Shown one piece after another: positions 38,416 through 47,869 of a stretch of 64,000 bases of DNA. Under the pieces are notes generated by a model that saw only the letters and a program-made list of their open reading frames with translations, did no database searches and was not told where the DNA came from. Source of the stretch: an uncultured Bacteroidales bacterium (GTDB taxonomy: Bacteria > Bacteroidota > Bacteroidia > Bacteroidales > PWNQ01); assembly GCA_964477095.1 (NCBI GenBank), contig CAYZDA010000002.1, forward strand, positions 42,259-106,258. Reading direction: 5' to 3'. Positions within the stretch are counted from its first letter, which is position 1. The number at the start of each line of letters is the position of its first letter. A program made the translations under genes and the position numbers.

Positions 38416-40161
38416 ATGAGCAAGAAAAAAGATATAAGAAGACAAAACATACTTCAACTAATACTGGGGCTGGTTATAATCGTGTTGGTGAATGTAATCG
38501 GATATTATTATTTTACACGTTTCGACCTCACTTCCGAGAAGAAATACACCCTTTCACCAGCTACCAAAGAGCTGGTAAAGTCGTTTGATGATTATGTAAC
38601 ATTTAAGGTGTACCTGGATGGGGATTTTCCGGCAGGTTTTAAAAAGCTACAACGCGAAACGCGGGAAATGCTGGATGAATTCAATGCCTATAATTCTAAT
38701 ATTCAGTATGAGTTCATTGATCCTAATGAAATTACAGATGAACGGGACCGGCAGAGTTTTTATGCAGAGCTGAACCAGAAAGGGCTCGAGCCAACTTCCA
38801 TCCGGCAGCAGGACGAAGGCAGGCAATCGCAACAGATAATCTTTCCGGGAGCCGTAGTAACATACAAGGCTAACCGCGAAACAGCAGTAAATCTGCTTGA
38901 ATCACAAATGGGTGCTTCCAGCGAACGCCAGATCAATAACTCCACCCAGGCTTTGGAATATAACCTTGCCAGTGCACTGAAAAAGCTTTCCAGTGCTAAA
39001 AAAGATAAAATTGCTTTTCTACACGGCCATGGCGAATTGTCAAAGTTAAGCCTGGAAGGTGCCACCAGGGCGCTTTCCGAGTTTTATGATGTTACTCACC
39101 TGATATTGGAAAACAAAGTTTACGGTCTGTTGGAACGCTTTGAAAAGGATACGGGTAACGTAGTGATAAAGCCCCGTTTTGACGCGCTGATCGTAGCGCG
39201 CCCCACCAAAGCAATTAGCGATCAGGAGAAATTTCTCATTGATCAGTACATCATGTACGGCGGGAAGGTTTTATGGTTTGTTGATCCTGTCGCCACAAAC
39301 ATGGATTCCTTGCAGGAAAGTCCTCGCACTCTGGCAATGCCTGCGCAGCTTAACCTTGATGGAATGCTGTTCCGATATGGAGTGAGGCTTAACCGCAACC
39401 TGATACAGGATCAAAGGTCGGCACAGATTCCGGTAAATACACAGCCCGTGGGTGCGCAGCCTAAATTTGAGATGTTTCCCTGGCCCTATTTCCCTGTACT
39501 GATGCCTGCTACAAACCACCAGGTTGTGAAAAACCTGAATGGCGTGAAGGGAGAATTTGTGAGTACACTGGATACCATATCAAGTAATAAGCTGAAAAAG
39601 ACAATTCTTTTGCAAAGCTCAGAAAACAGCAGGGTACTGAGCATGCCCCACGAGGTAAGTCTCAGCCTGATTAATCGCAGGGCTAATCCAAAGCAATATG
39701 ATAACGGACCCCAGAATGTGGCAGTGCTACTTGAAGGCAAATTCCGCTCCAATTACGAAAACCGTTTGCCTCCGGAAATTGCTTCTGACAGGGGACTGGG
39801 ATTCCGTACGGAAAGCGACTCCTCAGCTATGATAGTGGTGGCTGACGGCGATATTATCAGAAGTTCCATTACTTCCAGCGGTGGCAACACAAGGGCCCTG
39901 CCACTGGGAGTAGATAAATTCACCGGTCAGCAATACGGAAACGAAGATTTCGTTTTAAACTGCGTAAATTATCTGTGTGACGAAAGCGGACTATTGAATG
40001 TAAAAGGCCGTGACCTGAAGATAAGAATGCTGAACCGCCCCAGAGTGATGGAGGAAAAAACCAAATGGCAAATCATTAATGTAGTGCTTCCAATCCTTCT
40101 TATAATGTTGTTCAGCGTCAGCTGGAATGTGATCCGCAGAAAAAAATACCGAAAAAAATAA
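38416..40161 (+). CDS. gldG: gliding-motility-associated ABC transporter accessory protein GldG
   Basis: N- and C-terminal TM anchors. FTRFDLTSEKKYTLSPATKE... is the typical GldG opening. Follows gldF. Confidence 0.8.
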   Translation: MSKKKDIRRQNILQLILGLVIIVLVNVIGYYYFTRFDLTSEKKYTLSPATKELVKSFDDYVTFKVYLDGDFPAGFKKLQRETREMLDEFNAYNSNIQYEFIDPNEITDERDRQSFYAELNQKGLEPTSIRQQDEGRQSQQIIFPGAVVTYKANRETAVNLLESQMGASSERQINNSTQALEYNLASALKKLSSAKKDKIAFLHGHGELSKLSLEGATRALSEFYDVTHLILENKVYGLLERFEKDTGNVVIKPRFDALIVARPTKAISDQEKFLIDQYIMYGGKVLWFVDPVATNMDSLQESPRTLAMPAQLNLDGMLFRYGVRLNRNLIQDQRSAQIPVNTQPVGAQPKFEMFPWPYFPVLMPATNHQVVKNLNGVKGEFVSTLDTISSNKLKKTILLQSSENSRVLSMPHEVSLSLINRRANPKQYDNGPQNVAVLLEGKFRSNYENRLPPEIASDRGLGFRTESDSSAMIVVADGDIIRSSITSSGGNTRALPLGVDKFTGQQYGNEDFVLNCVNYLCDESGLLNVKGRDLKIRMLNRPRVMEEKTKWQIINVVLPILLIMLFSVSWNVIRRKKYRKK

Positions 40162-40165
40162 GAAA

Positions 40166-41263
40166 TTGACCATGAATAAATTTTTGAGAAAAAACAGAAT
40201 ACTGCTCCTGATTATTACAATATTGGCGATCATAGCAGTGATAGTTCTGTTAGGCCGCAGCAACAGCACTTTGTCGGACTCCGACCGTGATTTTGCCGTG
40301 GAGGATACAGCCAGTGTCACCAGGATTTTCCTTGCCAAAAAAGATACTACACAGGTGGTTCTTAGAAGGGAAATGGGCAGAGGCTGGGTACTGAGCCAGG
40401 AAATGAAAGCCTCGGATAAGGCGGTGGAGATTCTGCTGGAAACGCTAAAGAAAATGGATGTAAAACGGCCTGTAGCCAAAACCGAGCATAATACTGTTGT
40501 GAAGCGCCTTGCTTCAGACGGTGTAAAAGTGGAAGTGTATCAGAAAAAACCCTTATTCAGAGTGTTTGGGGCTAATTTCTTCACCAAAGAAAGGAAAACA
40601 CGGACGTTTTACGTGGGCGGCCCTACTCAAAGCAACCTTGGTACATACATGGTGAAAGAAGGAGCAGATATTCCCTTTGTGGTTTACATCCCTGGTTTTC
40701 GCGGCTTTCTAAGCCCCCGGTTCAAGGCTAAACCCGATGCATGGCGTGATCATACTATGATATCAGAAAATATCAATGAAATAAAATGGGTAGAAGTGCG
40801 GCACCCTGAAAATGAAGAACAATCATTCCGTATGGAAAAACTGCCGGGTGATTCCCTTAAAATCATCAGGCTGCATGACAGTTCACTGGTGTATCCTTTT
40901 GACACCCTTAAAGTGCTTGATTTCCTTTCGTCCTTTTATTCAGTAAAGTTTGAAGACCTGATCAATGAGCACTCAGCCCGGGATTCGGTAACAGCCACGG
41001 AGCCTTTGCATATCATAAGGGTTAAGGATAAAAACGGTAACCTGTCAGAGATAAAAACCTACCTCAGGGATGCTTCTGAAGGCCTGCTGGATGTGTATGG
41101 TGATGAGCTGAAACATGACCCGGACAGGTTGTATGCCTTGTTTAACGATAATGAAGACTTTGCACTAATACAATATTATGTATTTGATAATCTGACCAAA
41201 ACAGCAGATTATTTTAAAAAGCCTCTCTTCATAAAAGGGAATCCCGGTGCTGAAAATCGCTAA
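40166..41263 (+). CDS. DUF4340-like protein downstream of gldG
   Basis: 365 aa with an N-terminal TM. Its position after gldG matches the usual Bacteroidota arrangement. The family call is tentative. Confidence 0.5.
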   Translation: MTMNKFLRKNRILLLIITILAIIAVIVLLGRSNSTLSDSDRDFAVEDTASVTRIFLAKKDTTQVVLRREMGRGWVLSQEMKASDKAVEILLETLKKMDVKRPVAKTEHNTVVKRLASDGVKVEVYQKKPLFRVFGANFFTKERKTRTFYVGGPTQSNLGTYMVKEGADIPFVVYIPGFRGFLSPRFKAKPDAWRDHTMISENINEIKWVEVRHPENEEQSFRMEKLPGDSLKIIRLHDSSLVYPFDTLKVLDFLSSFYSVKFEDLINEHSARDSVTATEPLHIIRVKDKNGNLSEIKTYLRDASEGLLDVYGDELKHDPDRLYALFNDNEDFALIQYYVFDNLTKTADYFKKPLFIKGNPGAENR

Positions 41264-41386
41264 AGATAGTTTTATCTCTGTTGAAAAGTTTTTCAAAAGA
41301 TTTGCTTGCACCAGCAGGAGCCAGAGGGAAATATCACTAATTTTATCTTTTTGAAAAAAATGAACGAAACTAAAACCTGAGGAAAT

Positions 41387-42511
41387 ATGAAATTCATAGT
41401 CTCCAGCACCTTATTGTTGAAGAACCTGCAGAGCATCAGCGGGGTATTAAGCACAAACAACACCATGCCGATTCTTGATGATTTTCTTTTTGATGTGAAA
41501 GAAAACGAATTAGTGATTACTGCATCCGACCTTGAAACTACCATGCAGGTAAGTGTTGGCATGACACAGAGTGATGGTACCGGCCTTATCGCCATCCCGG
41601 CAAAGATACTGCTGGATACATTAAAAACCTTTGCAGATATTCCCATTACCTTTGTCATTGATGTGGAAAGCTCGGCTATTGAGTTGAGCACTGATGAAGG
41701 AAAATTCAGGTTGAGTGGCCACAAGGCTGATGAATATCCTGAACTGCCTGCCATTAGTGTAGCTCAGGAGCTTGAAATGAGCTCCGACGATCTGGCGACC
41801 GCCATCAATAAAACCATTTTTGCCACGGGTACAGACGAATTGAGACCTGTTATGTCAGGCGTGCTGTGTGAGATCAATGAAGAGGATATCACCTTTGTAG
41901 CAACCGATGCACACAAGCTGGTACGCTACCGCAGGACGGATTATTCTCCCGGCACCGTAGCCAGTTTCGTGATACCAAAAAAGCCGCTTAATCAGATGAA
42001 GAACATCCTGGCTACAGGTGATGATGAAAAAGTTCAGGTGAAATACAATGAAAAAAATGCATTCTTCCATTTCAATAATGTGAATGTAATTTGCCGCCTG
42101 ATTGAAGGAAAATATCCGAATTATGAGGCTGTAATTCCCTCAGAGAATCCAAATACGTTGACAGTGGAGCGGCAGGGTCTTTTAAATTCCATCAGGCGTG
42201 TTTCCATCTTCGCTAACCAGTCAACCCACCAGGTACGTTTTGACATTTCCGGTCAGGAACTGGTTCTTTCAGCGGAAGATGTGGATTTCAGCAACGAAGC
42301 CAAAGAGCGACTGACCTGCAATTATGAGGGTGAGGACATGGAAATCGGATTCAATTCCAGGTTCATTATCGAAATGCTCAACAATCTTCAAGCTGATGAG
42401 GTGATATTTCAGCTATCCACACCAGAGCGTGCAGGTCTTATCATTCCTGCAGAAAAAGAGGATGATGAAGAGATTCTGATGCTGGTGATGCCGGTTATGC
42501 TAAATGCTTAA
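41387..42511 (+). CDS. dnaN: DNA polymerase III beta sliding clamp
   Basis: 374 aa. MKFIVSSTLLLKNLQSISGV...PILDDFLF...LVITASDLE...EGKYPNYEAVIP... is canonical DnaN. Confidence 0.95.
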   Translation: MKFIVSSTLLLKNLQSISGVLSTNNTMPILDDFLFDVKENELVITASDLETTMQVSVGMTQSDGTGLIAIPAKILLDTLKTFADIPITFVIDVESSAIELSTDEGKFRLSGHKADEYPELPAISVAQELEMSSDDLATAINKTIFATGTDELRPVMSGVLCEINEEDITFVATDAHKLVRYRRTDYSPGTVASFVIPKKPLNQMKNILATGDDEKVQVKYNEKNAFFHFNNVNVICRLIEGKYPNYEAVIPSENPNTLTVERQGLLNSIRRVSIFANQSTHQVRFDISGQELVLSAEDVDFSNEAKERLTCNYEGEDMEIGFNSRFIIEMLNNLQADEVIFQLSTPERAGLIIPAEKEDDEEILMLVMPVMLNA

Positions 42512-42534
42512 CAACATTGCCATGAAAATAACAG

Positions 42535-42562
42535 AACGCGATCCGTAAGGCTCGCGTTTTTT
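42535..42562 (+). terminator. intrinsic terminator after dnaN
   Basis: AACGCGA-(10-nt loop)-TCGCGTT followed by a T-run. Confidence 0.65.
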
Positions 42563-42739
42563 AATAACACTAAGTGATGATGCAGTGTTTTTATTAATCC
42601 CGGATAATTAGCAACCATGATCACATAACTCCTCAGTTGGTACAGACACTTCGGCCGGGACTGATCTGCAAAGTCCATTCAGGGGGAATTGTTGCAATCA
42701 AAGAGAGCAAAATACCTTTTGTTCTCTCTGATTCTGAAA

Positions 42740-43417
42740 TTACAGCCCCAGGAACCTTATTCCCATGCCGCAGAAAAGAATCAGAAAGCCTGCCAGGGCA
42801 TGGCCGTACCGGGCGAGGTAAGGCAAACGCACCCAATGGATACCATAAAGCGGAAGGAGCACCATTACCAGCATTGTGCCCACCGTAGCCAGGCCAAAAA
42901 CTCCTGCCACCAGCGCCATTCCCAGGATGCTGATTTCAGCGGCAGGAAACATAAGCAGCGGAATGAGCGGCTCGCAGGGGCCAAACAGAAAAACGATAAA
43001 CAGGGCCCACGGGAGCATATCCCTGATCCCACGCATTTTAGCTTTTGATTTCCCTTCAGACATTTTTTCAATTATGGCAGCCTTTTTAGGGAAAAAAGCT
43101 TTGCGCAGGCCCCAAATCATGTAAACCAGGCCAAAAGCTATGATCAGCCAGGCTGTTATCGCACCACGGGCAGATTCAAAGGCTGTTAAACTGCCAAGTT
43201 CATAACTTAGCTTTAAGCCAGCCAGCCCGATTATCACCGAGCTGCCAACATGGGCCAGACCGCAAATGCCAGTTATCCAGGCTGTTTTCCTGATATTCCA
43301 GTTACGCGCTTTTGATACTGCCACAAACGGAATGTAATGATCGGGGCCCAGCAGGGTGTGAATAAATCCAAGGCTGGCTGCTGTTACGAGTAGGATGAAT
43401 AATGGTTCTTCAAACAT
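42740..43417 (-). CDS. putative nickel/cobalt transporter (NicO/UreH-like 6-TM protein)
   Basis: 225 aa, about 6 TM helices. The first helix carries GFIHTLLGPDHY (an H-x5-DH metal motif, close to the HX4DH NiCoT signature). It is the last gene of the hydrogenase cluster. Confidence 0.5.
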   Translation of the reverse strand: MFEEPLFILLVTAASLGFIHTLLGPDHYIPFVAVSKARNWNIRKTAWITGICGLAHVGSSVIIGLAGLKLSYELGSLTAFESARGAITAWLIIAFGLVYMIWGLRKAFFPKKAAIIEKMSEGKSKAKMRGIRDMLPWALFIVFLFGPCEPLIPLLMFPAAEISILGMALVAGVFGLATVGTMLVMVLLPLYGIHWVRLPYLARYGHALAGFLILFCGMGIRFLGL

Positions 43418-43419
43418 AT

Positions 43420-43824
43420 TTACAGATATTTTTTGTATTTCTCCGGAAGATCAAAGTATTTCTCATAACGCTCCTTGTGGAATCCATACTCTTCAACTTC
43501 CTGTTCACTTACCTTATAGGAAACCTCTTCTCCTGCAATTTCTGAAAAGTAGAAGTCATAAATGGAACCATCTTCCTCCATATGGACTTTAACCATATTC
43601 GGCTTTGACTTATCATTAAGCATGGCATGACAAACCGGACAATAGAACTTATACTTCTCCCCCTTCCTGATTTCAAAATCAGAATGGGTGGTTTTATTAT
43701 AATCACCCACACCAGCGCTTAGCAATAGCAGGCCCTGTTCGTTTTTAGGGCTCTTGGTAGAAAAAATGATCTGATCACCTATTCTCAGGTGAGACCTGCA
43801 AATCGGACATAAATAGTTTTTCAT
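43420..43824 (-). CDS. zinc-ribbon hypothetical protein
   Basis: 134 aa. CPICRSH (res 6-9) and CPVCHAM (res about 73-76) form a four-Cys knuckle pair. Its 5' end overlaps the hycI-like gene by 50 nt in another frame. Confidence 0.5.
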   Translation of the reverse strand: MKNYLCPICRSHLRIGDQIIFSTKSPKNEQGLLLLSAGVGDYNKTTHSDFEIRKGEKYKFYCPVCHAMLNDKSKPNMVKVHMEEDGSIYDFYFSEIAGEEVSYKVSEQEVEEYGFHKERYEKYFDLPEKYKKYL

Positions 43825-44290
43825 AATTATAGTATTTGGGGTTTATAGTTGAGTTGTTGAGCAAACTTTCAATGATTGAGTCCGCCACTTTTTTGATTTT
43901 TTCAGATAAGCCGAAACCAAATCCCATTTGCTGGGGTTGTACCCCTAAAATCCAAATTTCCCGGGCTTCGAGGAAACCTGATATGGTCTTGAGTGAAAGG
44001 TTATGAGTATTGGTAGTGCTGTCGTGGATATTCTGCACAGGAAGCAGCTGTGTATAGCCGGGCTCTTTACCAAAATTCACAGCATCAATAAAAACCACAT
44101 AATCCTTCTGTTGAGCATTGATCTTTCCCAGGTAGTTTTCAATGCTGTTTTCTGCCACAATCACTTTGCAACTATGTCTGTTTTTTAGTTCTGCGGCAAT
44201 GTATATTCCTACTCCATCATCATGTTTGATGCGGTTTCCCATTCCAACAAACAAGACTTCATCTCTGCGAAGATTCCTTTGCTTATTCAT
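43775..44290 (-). CDS. hycI: hydrogenase maturation endopeptidase (HycI/HyaD family)
   Basis: VLFVGMGNRIKHDDGVG (the GxGNxxxxDDGxG motif), plus later ...FIDAV... and ...HNLSL... Confidence 0.8.
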   Translation of the reverse strand: MNKQRNLRRDEVLFVGMGNRIKHDDGVGIYIAAELKNRHSCKVIVAENSIENYLGKINAQQKDYVVFIDAVNFGKEPGYTQLLPVQNIHDSTTNTHNLSLKTISGFLEAREIWILGVQPQQMGFGFGLSEKIKKVADSIIESLLNNSTINPKYYNYEKLFMSDLQVSPENR

Positions 44291-44909
44291 CCGGCAATAT
44301 ATTTTTCACCAGTATAGTGTGCAGGCAATTGGGACAAAGAACATTAAAAGTATCCTTTCGTTGCATGCCGTCTACTATAGGTGTTTTGGTTTTTTCCTTA
44401 TCGGCCAGTTTCAGGCTTTGATTCAGAATATTAAGAGTAACAGTAGAAGAATAACCTCCCGGGCCGAGTTTTCTGTGCAGAAACTCCAGATGCTCGCGGG
44501 TGGTAATGATCGCACTGCAGTTTTCACAAAGCAGCAGCTCCTTCTCCTGTATCTCAACAGTATTAGCGTCTTTTCTGTCGAAGGTTACCAGGTCGTATTT
44601 TTTATCCGACAATACAACTCCCTCACCTGTGATGCAATAGGCATGGCATTGCCCGCAAAAAATGCACTTGCCATAGTCGCGGGTGATCACCCTCACAGCC
44701 CGTTCCTTATCATCCTTATATGTGATGGCGTATGACGGACACACATTTGTGCAGGTAGGACATCCAACGCACTTCTCATTGTTCACTTCGGGCTTTCCAC
44801 GGAAACCGTCAAAAGGAATGTGGGGTTCCTTTGGAAATCGAGTAGTGTAGGGAGCAGAAAAAAGTGAAATAACTGCTTCCTTTAATTCACGCATTTTAGG
44901 ATACTTCAT
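44283..44909 (-). CDS. 2x[4Fe-4S] NuoI/MbhN/HycF-like subunit with a Cys-rich C-terminal extension
   Basis: CVGCPTCTNVCP and CIFCGQCHAYC ferredoxin motifs. The tail carries extra CENC...CPNC pairs. Confidence 0.8.
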   Translation of the reverse strand: MKYPKMRELKEAVISLFSAPYTTRFPKEPHIPFDGFRGKPEVNNEKCVGCPTCTNVCPSYAITYKDDKERAVRVITRDYGKCIFCGQCHAYCITGEGVVLSDKKYDLVTFDRKDANTVEIQEKELLLCENCSAIITTREHLEFLHRKLGPGGYSSTVTLNILNQSLKLADKEKTKTPIVDGMQRKDTFNVLCPNCLHTILVKNILPDE

Positions 44910-45223
44910 TTCACTACCTCCTTATAATCATCTTTTACACTTTTTTTACCCAGCGGAATACCGGATATATATGCACCACGCACCAAAGCATGGGCACCGA
45001 CAGTAGCAGTCAGAAACAGCAGCGGGATAGCTATAAGAGCCTTCACTCCCACTTCTACAAACCCATAATGCACCAGCACTCCAAGCAGAATGCTGCAGGT
45101 TCCCAGTGTTACGCATTTTGTAGCCGACTGCAGGCGGTTATAAACATCCGGGAAACGGATGAGGCCTAAACATCCTAAAGAGTTAAAGACTATTCCTGTT
45201 AATATGATAATTGTGCTTAGCAT
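44906..45223 (-). CDS. Mrp/Mnh subunit G-like (MbhC-like)
   Basis: 105 aa. LGLIRFPDVYNRLQSATKCVTLG is the MnhG/PhaG signature. Confidence 0.8.
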   Translation of the reverse strand: MLSTIIILTGIVFNSLGCLGLIRFPDVYNRLQSATKCVTLGTCSILLGVLVHYGFVEVGVKALIAIPLLFLTATVGAHALVRGAYISGIPLGKKSVKDDYKEVVK

Positions 45224-45480
45224 TATTCATTAAGTTTTTTGTTGCTCAGATATTTTGCCAGGGTTAATGTTCCTATAAAACTTAGTATTATCCAGGCAAT
45301 GCCGATATCCAGCAGGAACATCCTGTTGGTGAGTATTCCCAGGATAGCGCATATTCCTACCACCAGAATACCGAAGATATCGATCCCCACCATACGGTCT
45401 GCCACCGTAGGACCACGGATGATGCGATAGAGGCAGGCGACGCACAGGGCAATTTGTATGTACAATAAAGTTTCCAGCAT
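45223..45480 (-). CDS. Mrp/Mnh subunit F-like (MbhB-like)
   Basis: 85 aa, 3 TM. ...YRIIRGPTVADRMVGID... is typical of MnhF. Confidence 0.75.
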   Translation of the reverse strand: MLETLLYIQIALCVACLYRIIRGPTVADRMVGIDIFGILVVGICAILGILTNRMFLLDIGIAWIILSFIGTLTLAKYLSNKKLNE

Positions 45481-45965
45481 CAGTCAAATATTTTTTTGAT
45501 GTATTTTTCAAATCTTCCGGATACCTCACGGCTGTATTTTTCCGGGTCATCGGTTTTTACATATATCCAGTGAACAAATAGCTCATCACCAATAATATCC
45601 ACCGCGATTGTTCCAGGTGTCATGGTGATGGAATTGGCCAGCATGGTTTTTGCAATATCAGATTTCACCTCCAGAGGCACACGCACTATACCGGGTTTAA
45701 TGGGCATTCGGGGATGAATTACACGGTAGGCGACATCAAAATTGGCTTTAAGCACTTCCCATACAAATATAAACAGGTAAATAATGAACCAGAAGTACCG
45801 ATGTGGTTGGATAAGTTTACCAGTACTGCTCACAAAATTGTGTCCGAACAGAAAAACCGCAATTAATGCTGCCAAAGCACCAGTAATGATATTGGGCCAG
45901 CTTAGGTTGAAAGTGATCAGCAACCAGAATATCAGTAAAACTATAAAAGCTACAATGCGCTTCAT
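45480..45965 (-). CDS. Mrp/Mnh subunit E-like (MbhA-like)
   Basis: 161 aa. Two TM helices, then ...ANFDVAYRVIHPRMPIKPGIV...LANSITMTPGT, typical of MnhE. Confidence 0.75.
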   Translation of the reverse strand: MKRIVAFIVLLIFWLLITFNLSWPNIITGALAALIAVFLFGHNFVSSTGKLIQPHRYFWFIIYLFIFVWEVLKANFDVAYRVIHPRMPIKPGIVRVPLEVKSDIAKTMLANSITMTPGTIAVDIIGDELFVHWIYVKTDDPEKYSREVSGRFEKYIKKIFD

Positions 45966-45989
45966 ATTTCATATTTTTTCAGGATCATC

Positions 45990-47528
45990 CTATAATCCTG
46001 TTATTTGCGTTGAATAATCACTCATGCCTATCAGCACATCCACTGCCGGTGTCAATAACACATCCCTGAAAGCCGGAAAAACCAGTAAGCTCATCAAAAG
46101 GCAGAGGATTACCATGGTTATCATGGAGAATTTCATACTAAAAGGCAATTTGTCAGCAAGAAATTGCAATGCTGGATTTTCTTTATTATGAAAGGCGTAT
46201 CTCATAAATTTCATAAAAGATCCCAGCGTCACAAAGTTTACAAAAACAGCCAGAGCCGCGAGCAGGTAAAACTCACCTCTCACTGCGGCAATTATAATGA
46301 GTAGTTTGCTAAAAAAGCCATTAAAGGGCGGGACCCCGGAAATAGCCATGGAAGCTCCAAGGGAGGTAGCAGATGTCACCGGCATTTTCCCTGAGAGCCC
46401 GCCCAACTCACGGAGGTTTCTTGTGCCTGTAAGATATTCCAGTGCTCCAGCATCAAGAAACAACAGGCCTTTAAACAAAGCATGATTAATCAGGTGAAAC
46501 AGACCTCCTGCTATAGCCAACGCAGCGATGGCCCTGTCTCCGTTATTGTGTAGTAATAGCATTCCTATCCCGATACCTATAACCACATAACCCATCTGGC
46601 TGATGCTGTGATAAGCCAATAGCCGTTTCAGGTCCCACTGCCCTATGGCAAGGAATACTCCAATAACCATGGACAATGCACCCAGCACTGTAATAACCAG
46701 GCTGATTTCATACGTAATGGTGAAAATATTAAAGAACAGGCGAATGAGCGCATAGACTCCTACGGCTTTTATTAGCACGCCGGACAGCATAGCAGAAATT
46801 GGCGAGGGAGCAGAAGAATGAGCATCAGGCAGCCAGGCATGAAATGGTATCATGGCAGCTTTTAGCCCGAAACCGGTTATTAACAGCAGCTCAGTAAAGA
46901 TTAAGGCTGTGGAACCGGCCTGGCCTCTTATTAACAGTGATATGTCAGCCAGATTAAGCGTACCCGTTTGCCAGTATAACAAGCCCACTGCCAGTAGAAT
47001 GAGCAAGGAGGCTATTCCACCCAGCACCTGGTATTTGAATGAAGCTTCCAGTTCACGTTTTTCTGTACCAAATGCCACCAGCGCATAAGAAGCAATAACA
47101 GCAATTTCGAGAAAGACGTAAATATTGAAGATGTCTCCTGATAAAACCACACCATTCATCCCGGCTATCATCAGGCATAGCAAGGCATAAAAGTTATTAC
47201 TGCCTGTATATTCCCTAATATATCCCATCGCATAAAAAGCAGAAAGAAAAGCAATGAGGCTAACAACCAACAAAATAAAGGCACTCAAACCATCATAAAC
47301 CAAATAAATGGCAATAGGCACCTGGTTTACCGCCTCCCAACCTCCAATTTTCGTTACCACTGGCAGTGCTGCTCCTTCAATGAAAAACCACAGGTTATAA
47401 AAAACAAGGAAAAGTGTAATTAACACGGTTATTGTTTTCTGAAACCCTTTAATAAAGAATCCCAGTACGGGAATCAGAAAAGCTCCCAGCAGCGGTAAAG
47501 CGACATATAAAACGGGTATCAGTTCCAT
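45990..47528 (-). CDS. antiporter-like subunit, MrpD/NuoM/N/MbhH type
   Basis: 512 aa polytopic protein. ...FHAWLPDAHSSAPSPISAMLSGVLIK... is the proton-conducting-transporter signature. Confidence 0.85.
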   Translation of the reverse strand: MELIPVLYVALPLLGAFLIPVLGFFIKGFQKTITVLITLFLVFYNLWFFIEGAALPVVTKIGGWEAVNQVPIAIYLVYDGLSAFILLVVSLIAFLSAFYAMGYIREYTGSNNFYALLCLMIAGMNGVVLSGDIFNIYVFLEIAVIASYALVAFGTEKRELEASFKYQVLGGIASLLILLAVGLLYWQTGTLNLADISLLIRGQAGSTALIFTELLLITGFGLKAAMIPFHAWLPDAHSSAPSPISAMLSGVLIKAVGVYALIRLFFNIFTITYEISLVITVLGALSMVIGVFLAIGQWDLKRLLAYHSISQMGYVVIGIGIGMLLLHNNGDRAIAALAIAGGLFHLINHALFKGLLFLDAGALEYLTGTRNLRELGGLSGKMPVTSATSLGASMAISGVPPFNGFFSKLLIIIAAVRGEFYLLAALAVFVNFVTLGSFMKFMRYAFHNKENPALQFLADKLPFSMKFSMITMVILCLLMSLLVFPAFRDVLLTPAVDVLIGMSDYSTQITGL

Positions 47529-47530
47529 AG

Positions 47531-47869
47531 TTAACCTCTTAATTCGTTGACCTTTTGTATATCAAAAGTTCCGTATCTTTTATAAATTCTAATGGCTATT
47601 GCCAGCAAAAGAGCTGTGGTAGCTATACCGATAACAATGGCTGTAAGCACCATAGCTTGTGGCAGCGGGTCAACATAAACAGGAGCATTTTCTCCGCTCC
47701 GGATGATGGGTGCAATACCATTATCAACATATCCGATCATGGCCAGAAAAAGGAAGCAACTGAATTCCATCACCGAAAAGCCAATAACAATCTTAATGAG
47801 GTTGCGGCGTGTGAGTACACCATACAAGCCGACTAAGAACAGGATAAAACACATTACATATACATTCAT
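47531..47869 (-). CDS. MrpC/NuoK-like subunit (MbhG-like)
   Basis: 112 aa, 3 TM. LTRRNLIKIVIGFSVME and ...DPLPQAMVLTAIVIG fit MnhC/NuoK. Confidence 0.8.
   Translation of the reverse strand: MNVYVMCFILFLVGLYGVLTRRNLIKIVIGFSVMEFSCFLFLAMIGYVDNGIAPIIRSGENAPVYVDPLPQAMVLTAIVIGIATTALLLAIAIRIYKRYGTFDIQKVNELRG

Noticed and set aside
42941-42951. GATTTCAGCGG, an 11-nt match to the shared structured element, lies inside the putative Ni-transporter CDS.
   Set aside because: It lies in frame within coding sequence (…AAEISIL…) with none of the flanking GC-rich blocks. It is probably coincidental.
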